IMG/VR virus record: IMGVR_UViG_3300046710_000150
Coordinates: 1-64,000 of that record
From: a virus
DNA length: 64,000 nt
Reading direction: 5' to 3' (one strand)
Shown piece after piece: positions 9,631-17,200 of the stretch. Within the stretch, counting starts at the first letter, position 1. Each line of letters opens with the position of its first letter. The notes under the pieces are model-generated. The model saw only the letters and a program-made list of their open reading frames with translations, was not told where the DNA came from and made no database searches. Position numbers and translations under genes: made by a program.

Positions 9631-9666
9631 CCATGGGATTGGTCTTCATTCCGACCATGGGATTGG
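9631..9666. repeat. two copies of 12-mer CCATGGGATTGG (9631-9642, 9655-9666)
   Basis: Exact direct repeat. The same 12-mer pair recurs at 31928-31968. Both pairs sit upstream of a hairpin and of a repeat-protein gene. Confidence 0.8.
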
Positions 9667-9673
9667 CCGCCGA

Positions 9674-11266
9674 TCAGACTGCGTTCGCGTCCAGATTGTG
9701 CCAGACGTGGTACTCGATGTAGGGGCGGCCCGGGGCCGAGGGATCCGTCTGGAAGATGCCCTTGTCGGGGTCGACCTCGATGAAGCCCTTGATCGTGCTG
9801 TCGGGGCTGTTCAACGCGGTCTGTCGGAGGCCCTTCACCACCACCGTCAGGCTGCCCCTGACGTAGGCGTAGGAGCACTGCCACTTCCCGCCAGACATCT
9901 GTGCGGGCCACTCCTTGACCAGCGTCATGGGCGAGGCCACCACGTAGGGGTAGTCGACCTTCGGGTCCTGCCGCGAGATAACGTTGAAGTTGGGCTGGAC
10001 CAGACCCCTCGTGGGAGGACGCTTCAGGGCGAGGAGCAGACCCCACGGATCCTGCGTGTCGTACGAGCACGTCACCTGATACTCGACCGTGGTCGGAGTC
10101 GGGAAGCTCATGGACATGGCCCGGATCGGGAGGTCTACCCCGTCCCTCGTCTGGAGCCCGAACACGGGGTCATACGTGGTGAAAGTGTGGACCCCCGAGA
10201 AGATGCTCACGATCTGGCCCGGGAAGAGGCCGTGCTTGTAGACCGTGAAGGAGGCCCGCATCGCTGGGGTGCCTTCCTGATTGAGGAGCTTGTTCGCCCG
10301 GGCGTTGACCATGCCCTGCATCCAGTCGGAGCCCATCACCTCGCTCCACTGAAAGCGCCCGAACAGGTTCACCGAAGGGTTGTTCACCTTGTGGACGAAC
10401 CTCAGGAACTCCTGCGTCGACGTCGGGGTGGGGTCGAGAGTCCCCGTGAAGACCAGCACGTCGTTCTTGAGCATCGAGATGTCGGTGGTCACCGAGAGGT
10501 TCTTGCAGGCGATGCTCCCGGCGTTGTCGCCTACCGACCACGGAGCCCGCTCGTAGTCCTGCTCTCGCCACACGATGTAGCCGTCGGGGTCGATGTACCA
10601 GATGGCCGATCCCGGCTGGCTGCGGATGATGTTGCTCGAGACGTCGGTGAAGAACGCCCGCAGCGAGGTCCCTGCCGAAGGGGGTGTCCACGTGTTCTGG
10701 GTGTCGCCCGTGTTGATCTCGCTGATGGGGACCATCTTGCAGTCGCTGGGCGCAAAGGGGGCTTGGCCGTACTTGATGGTGGGGCTGACCTTGTTGAGGT
10801 CGAAGTCCTTCATCATGGTCTGGATGTAGGTCTTGTCCATCGTGTGGATGGGGACCGAGACCACGTAGCCCGTGTTCTTGCCGTCGTCGAGCGTCACCTT
10901 CATGCGCTTGTACGTGCCCCCACCGTCGGGGTACTTCACGGGGTGGGCTCGGTTGTACAGGAACAGCTTGTCGAACAGGATGTTCAGGTCGACCCCGTGC
11001 AGGATCAAGCGGGGCTCTGGCTTGTCGGGGAAGACGAACCCCTGCTCCTTGATGAACAGGTAGCCCCACCACATCCTTCGACCGTTGATGTAGAGCGCGA
11101 GGAGATCGCCCTCCGTGATCTCGGGATGGAGCCCCCTCACGGTGATCTGGCAGGACCCCGGCTGAGCAGAGGCCGCCACCTGAAAGTTGGTCTGGGTGAA
11201 GATCACGTCGGCCGAGATGTCGGACGTCCCGGCGGTGATCGTGACGACCGCCTCCTCGACGTCCAT
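9674..11266 (-). CDS. minor tail protein (first gene after tape measure; distal-tail/hub position)
   Basis: 530-aa ORF. Its start codon overlaps the TMP stop at 11266. Synteny places it immediately downstream of the TMP. Confidence 0.8.
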   Translation of the reverse strand: MDVEEAVVTITAGTSDISADVIFTQTNFQVAASAQPGSCQITVRGLHPEITEGDLLALYINGRRMWWGYLFIKEQGFVFPDKPEPRLILHGVDLNILFDKLFLYNRAHPVKYPDGGGTYKRMKVTLDDGKNTGYVVSVPIHTMDKTYIQTMMKDFDLNKVSPTIKYGQAPFAPSDCKMVPISEINTGDTQNTWTPPSAGTSLRAFFTDVSSNIIRSQPGSAIWYIDPDGYIVWREQDYERAPWSVGDNAGSIACKNLSVTTDISMLKNDVLVFTGTLDPTPTSTQEFLRFVHKVNNPSVNLFGRFQWSEVMGSDWMQGMVNARANKLLNQEGTPAMRASFTVYKHGLFPGQIVSIFSGVHTFTTYDPVFGLQTRDGVDLPIRAMSMSFPTPTTVEYQVTCSYDTQDPWGLLLALKRPPTRGLVQPNFNVISRQDPKVDYPYVVASPMTLVKEWPAQMSGGKWQCSYAYVRGSLTVVVKGLRQTALNSPDSTIKGFIEVDPDKGIFQTDPSAPGRPYIEYHVWHNLDANAV

Positions 11267-14200
11267 CAGACGGCCGCACCGCGCAGGCCGAACATCTGAC
11301 CCTTGCGGGCGAGGCTCTTCTCGACTTCGATAGCCACGCAGCGAGCCAGCTCCGCGATGTCCTGCTCATTGCGGACCACGGGCCCGTTGATGTTGACGGT
11401 GACCGGACCAGAGGCCCCGCCGGTCGCCGCCAGAGAGCCAGCACGGGGGTTGCGGAGGACGGCTACGGTCTCGGTTCCAGCTTCGCCGAAGGTGATGTCG
11501 GTGGGCCGAGAGGCGGTAGCCAGATATCCCGTGGCCTTGCCTCCGTCGTTCCGACCGCCGTTCCCGGCGACGATGGGGGAGTACCCGAGGATCTTGCGGA
11601 GGGCGTCGGTGCCGTCCTTGAGGGTGCCCGCGAACTGGCCGACACCCTGCGTGGCGGCCGAGAGGACGTCGCCCCAGTTGCCGGTGGCGGTCCCGAGGAT
11701 GGCGTCCATGCCCGCCACCTTGGTCGCCATGATCTGGCCTTCCTTGGCGATGGCCTCCTGCGCCGCGATGGTGTAGCCCTCGGCGTTGCGCGCCAACTGC
11801 ATGCTGGTGATGGCCTTCTGGGCGTCCGTCGCGGAGCGGTTGGCGTTCTCGATCCAGATCTGCTTCGAGAGGTTGAACTGCTGCGTGGAGATGTTCAACT
11901 GCTCCTGCTGGATCCCGGCCTTGGCGATGGCTTCCTTCTGGGCGAAGAACCGCTCCTCGCCTGTCTGACCGGGAGCTTGGAACTGAGCCTGCGCCAGAGC
12001 GGTGGTGATGCCGCGCTGCTGGAGCTGCAGGCCGAGCTGGGTGCCCTGAATGTCGAGGCGGTGCATCGCCCCTTCCATCTTGCCCAGAGCCGTGCCACCG
12101 GCCTTGCCCAGCATCCCGAGGGCGTCCCCGAGGGTCCGCGTGGCGATACGGATCTGGTTGTCCCAGTTGAACTGACTCGACTCCTGATTGAGCTTGCCCA
12201 TCTTCGTGGTCAGGTCAGCGATCCTCGCCGCCGACATCTGGGACTGGATAGCGAGCATGGCGAAGTTGGGCAGCGAGGCCGGATTGAACTGCCCCACCTG
12301 ATTGAGCGCCTGCACCATGCCCTGACCGGCGATGGCACCCAACCTGACGTTCGACCCAGCCGAGGAGGCCAGAGCCTGCTGGGCCATGCCTGCCGCAGGA
12401 CCGGTCATTCCGGCCGCAGCCGCGCTCGGCTTCCCGGTCGTGGCACCGGGGAAGAACCCGAGGCCCGGAGCGACGAGGGGCTGCTGCAGCAGGTTCTTGG
12501 TCGTGGCGTAGGGGATCTCGAGGGCCATGGTGAGCTGCTGCTGGGCCACCCGGGCCTGCTTCTGGGCGTTGAGCTGGCGCAGGTTCATCTGGGCCCAGAC
12601 ACCGGCCTCGATGATGGTCTTCCCGAAGCTGACCTGAGAGATGGCGTCCGTGTATTCCTTGGCGCTCTTGGCGAGTTCCCCGTTGATCTTGACGATGACG
12701 TGCGACTTCTGGGCGAGGTCGATCCCGCTCTGGTCGTTCGCCTGATTGGCGATGAACGACGCCTTTGCCACCTCGTCGAGGCTGTTGGTGTACTCGTACG
12801 TGACCTTCGTGGTCTTGCCGAGGTTGTCCTGTGCCCGCGACCCGGCGGCATTCAGGTCGTCGAGGTACTTGGTGAGGTTGCCCATCGCCTCAGGCGTGGG
12901 GGTCTTGAAGGCCCCGGGGTTCGGGGGTGGGGGCGAGATCCAATCCATGAGGTCGGCGACGATGGGAGCGCGAGGGATCAGGCTCTTCCCGCCGTTCTGG
13001 GAGTCCACGAATGTCCTGAACGAGTCGCTCGTCAGGTACTTGGTGGCGTTGCTGATGGCCTCGCTTGGACCCCCGCCTCCACCCGGCTGGCTGGCGGTGT
13101 TCACGTCACCTGCGACGATCTCCTGAAAGCCCTTGCCTCCGCCCATCTGCTCTGCGAACAGGCTGGACCCAAGGAAGCCGCCGTACCCACCGAACAGCCC
13201 CTGAGGGGCCTGCTGGTTCTGAGCACCCATGGTGGCGCGGAACAGGTTGGACGTCTCCTGCTGCGCCCTCGCCCCAGCCTTGGCATTGACCGACGCAGAC
13301 AGAGCGTCAGAGACGAACGCGAGCATGTCCTTCGACAGGCCAGCCGTGACCCCAGCCTGCGCCAGCGTGGCCTGTGTGTTGCCGTGGGCCTCGTACGTGG
13401 CCTGTCCGAGGGCCGTCGTGGTGGCGGTGAACGCTGACTTCCAGCCAGTGAACTGGTCGACCACCTTGCCCAACGCCGGGATCGCGGCGTCGGTGATGAC
13501 GGTCGAGGCGAGCTGCATTGCCATGCCGTAAGCAGTGGTGGCCCCGATGATCACGCCGAGGTTCTTGAGGACGCCGCCCGTGGTGGGCATGGCCTTGGCG
13601 GTGGCTTCCTTCAGGACATCCAGCCGCTGGGCCTCGACCCTCTTCGCCTCGCGGATCGGTTCGACGACGCCGCGCAGGGCCTTGGAGTAGTCAGCCTGAT
13701 GGATCCGACCCTCGTCGAGATCCTTCCGCAGGGCGACCTGAGCGGCACGTCCCTCGCCGACAGTCCGGTTGGTCCGGTTGAAGGCCGAGGTGTAGGCGTT
13801 GGCGGCTTCGACGCGCTCGCGCTCCGCCTTCGTCATCTGCTGGACGCCGCCGAAGAGGAACGAGCCGATGGCCGCGACAGCACCTGCAGGGGTGCGAGAC
13901 GGCATCACCTTGCCAGCCCCGGCCCGCATGACCGCCAGCTCCTCGCCCATGTTCTCGCGGGAGGGCATGTACTGGGCGCGGCCGGAACGAGCCTTCTTCA
14001 CCGTGGCGGCGATGATCTTCTCGCGCTCGACGCGCTCGATGGCCTCGACCTCGGGCAGTGCCGAGTACGCAGCGGCTCGCCTCCGGGGCGGAGGAGGGGT
14101 AGCTTCGAGGAAGGGGATGGGTCCGGGCTCTCCCCACACGTCAGCCCGCGCCATAGCCTCCTGAGCTGCTGCCCGCATTCGCTCCGTGCGCGTGCCACGA

Positions 14201-17200
14201 GCTGCATGCGGGACCTGATCCATCAGGCGGTTGGGGACGATGATCCCGTCCTCGGGGGGCGCGAACAGGCTGTTCGGCTTCTGGCCGATCACCTGCATGC
14301 CGCCCTGCGCCTTCGGGATCTGGTCCATGACCTTCTTGGGGATCAGGGGCGTCAGGGGCTTGGGGACGAACAGCTCCCTGCCAATCTCGCCGACGATGTA
14401 CAGGCCCTTGCCGCCGGGAGACAGTTCCTTCGCGGGAAGGTTGTTCTCGAGCGCACGTCGCACCCATGGCGACATGACGGGACCACCGCCCTCGCGACCA
14501 GTGAACTTCGCGAAGATCTCGGCTGCCCGCATGCGCTGCGGATCCACCCGCTCGAGCGAGCGGTTGGCCGAGGCAATCCGGGTGAGCCCGGGGCTCTCGA
14601 TCAGTCCGCCGATGGCGCGAACTGCCGCCTCCGCGTCGGTGCCGGTGGCACGGAGCCGGAGCTGGTCACCCTGCCGCGCACCCAGCGCCAGCAGGTGGTG
14701 CATGTACTTCGCGTCGACCACGCCGCGCTGCGGCATGCCACGGGTCAGGTTCTCGACGCTGATGAAGGCGTCGAAATCGGCCGCCATCCTCGCGAGGTGG
14801 GCCGAGGGACGCATGTGGAGGCCGAGCTGGTCCGCGACCGTGAAGAGGTGGCTGACCGGCCCTCCGCCCTCGCGGTAGATCTTCGGGGGGAGCTTCGACG
14901 TGCGGGCGCGCTTCAACCACTCGGGCTCGAAGGGCTCGACCGGCTTCGGCATTTCGACCTTCGGAGGCTCGGGCAGGCCGAGGATGCGGCGCTGCAGTGG
15001 GCCCAGAACGGGGCCCCCCTCGGCGTGCCCTCCCTTGGTCCAGTTGGTGCCGTAGACGCCGCGCATGTAGTTCCCGGCCAAGGCCCGAGTCCAACGTCGG
15101 GGGTCATTGAGACTCCCCATGGTCTCGTTCCAGCGCCGGTCGCCGACCAGCGTGCCACCCGTGAAGGGAAGAGGCGCTCCGACGAAGTCCTCGTTCAGGC
15201 GGGGAGGTCCGACACGCTCGATACGCTTGGGATTGAAGACACCAGCGCGGTACTGGCGCAGGCGCTCGCGACGACGCTCCCAGTCGCGGTTCGGCACGTA
15301 CCCGCCGCGAGCCTTGTGCTGGGCCGCCTGCTGCTGCCACGCCATGATCGCCATGAAGGGATCGTTGGCCCAGTCGGCAGCGGTCTGGAACATGGACGAG
15401 ACGAACCCGGGCTTGGCGATCTGGTTGAGGGGCGGAGTCATGCCCCCCAGAGCAGGGCCACCAGCGGCTCGATGGAAGGGGATCTCGAGCCCCGGATGAC
15501 GCGGGATCGAGATGCCGCGCTGGGTCCTGAGCCAGTCCGTGCCGAGGCCAGCGCCCTTGTGGGCGGCGTTGACGTTCGTGTCGAGGCCAGACCAGAGGAT
15601 GGCCTGAAACTCGCTCAGGTTGTGGAGGTCCCACCGCTTCGCGTACTCGGGGTAGAGGTCCTCCATCGCCCCGATGCCGAGCTTGCGGATCATGTCGCTC
15701 CCGGCGGGAGCCTTCCAGAAGGTCTTGCTGTTCGGGCCGGTGTGGCGACGAGCAGCGGTGATGATCTGGGACATGCGGGAGTCGTAGGTGATGGCGTTCG
15801 GATCGAGGCCAGTGATGTTCTGGAACATCGCGCCGCGCTTGGGCCCAGTCGGAGAGTCCTCGCGGCCCATCAGGAACGCCCATGCGTCCTCGATGGGGCC
15901 AAGGCCCCGACCGGCGGAGAAGGACGTCTCGCCGAACCCGGGCACGTTGGAGCTGCCGGAGGTTTGGGGGACTCCGGTCTCGAGCAGATGGCGGACGATG
16001 GCACGGTTGGAGCGCCACTCCTGACCCGACGAGGCGGCAGCGAACGCGCCAAGACCCGACAGGGCATCCATCCCGAGCGACTGCCAGCTCGTCTTCCCGC
16101 CGATGATCGGGTCCATGAGGTCACCCACGGCCTGCGCGTGAGCGATGGTCCACCAGTCCCGGGCCTCGTTGACCACCTCGGGCTTGATCGTCTCGGCGTG
16201 GGCACGGATGTTCGCATGGAGATCGCGGGCGTTCTCAGGCAGCCGCATCAGGCCACGGAGGGGGTTCTTGGGAGTGGAGGATGGCACCACCCAGCCGCCG
16301 TCAGCTCGGAGGCCGATGCTGCTGGGGGCGAGGAGAGCGCCGCGAGGGGCGTCGACCGGCGAGCCCGAGAGGCCCACCAGCTTGTAGTGGCGCTTGCTCT
16401 GGGGACCGCTGCTGATCGCGTAGGCGGGCACGGTCTCGAGACCCAGTCGACGAGCCACGGCGAGGCGATGATTGCCATCGTCGACCATGGCCGCGTGGTG
16501 CGACGGGTCGTAACGCAGGGCGATGGGCTTCTGGATGCCACGCGCCGCGATGTCGCCGGTCAGCTCACCGAGATCGGTGGCACCCTGTCCGGTGCGTGGG
16601 TACGTCTCCCGGTCCTCGCGGAGCAGGGGCAGCAGAGTCGACAGGCGGACGTTCTCGACCATTCCCCCCGACTCGCGCTTGCGGCCAGCCATGATGAGCT
16701 GTTGGATCCGCTCGGCGTTGGCGCGCAGCTTGTGGGAGCTGGTCGGGATCTCGTCGAACCGCTTCAGGTCGAAGAACGCGAGCTGCTCCTTGGCGCGAGC
16801 GACCATGTCCGCTTCGCGCTTGCGGCCGAGGACGGCGGCGGGGTCGATGTGGATCTGGCCCTCGTGGAGCCACGTCCCGACGTAGGGCGGGAAGCTGCCA
16901 GCCGCGAGCTGAGACTTCTTCTGGGCGTTGAACTGCTTCAGGAAGTCGCGGAAGTTGCTGGGGTCCTCGACGAGGTGCGACGTTCCGGTCGCGATGCCGA
17001 CGGCGTAGCCCTTGGGCGGCTGTGGCCCACCGGAGAGCGGGAAGGTGCCACCCTCGTTCCCCATCGTGGCCCGGTAGGCCATGGCCCCGAACCCGGCCTT
17101 CTTGATGTTCCGCAGGATCCGCCACGACTCGATCTCGCCCGACGGAGCGTGGAGCTGCACGGCGTAGCCCTTGCCGACAGGAGCCACACCCACGTACCCA

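Noticed and set aside
16399-16656. ParB-like domain as evidence for a plasmid-prophage partition system.
   Set aside because: It is an internal segment of the tape measure ORF. There is no ParA partner, no free-standing parB and no parS-like repeats nearby.
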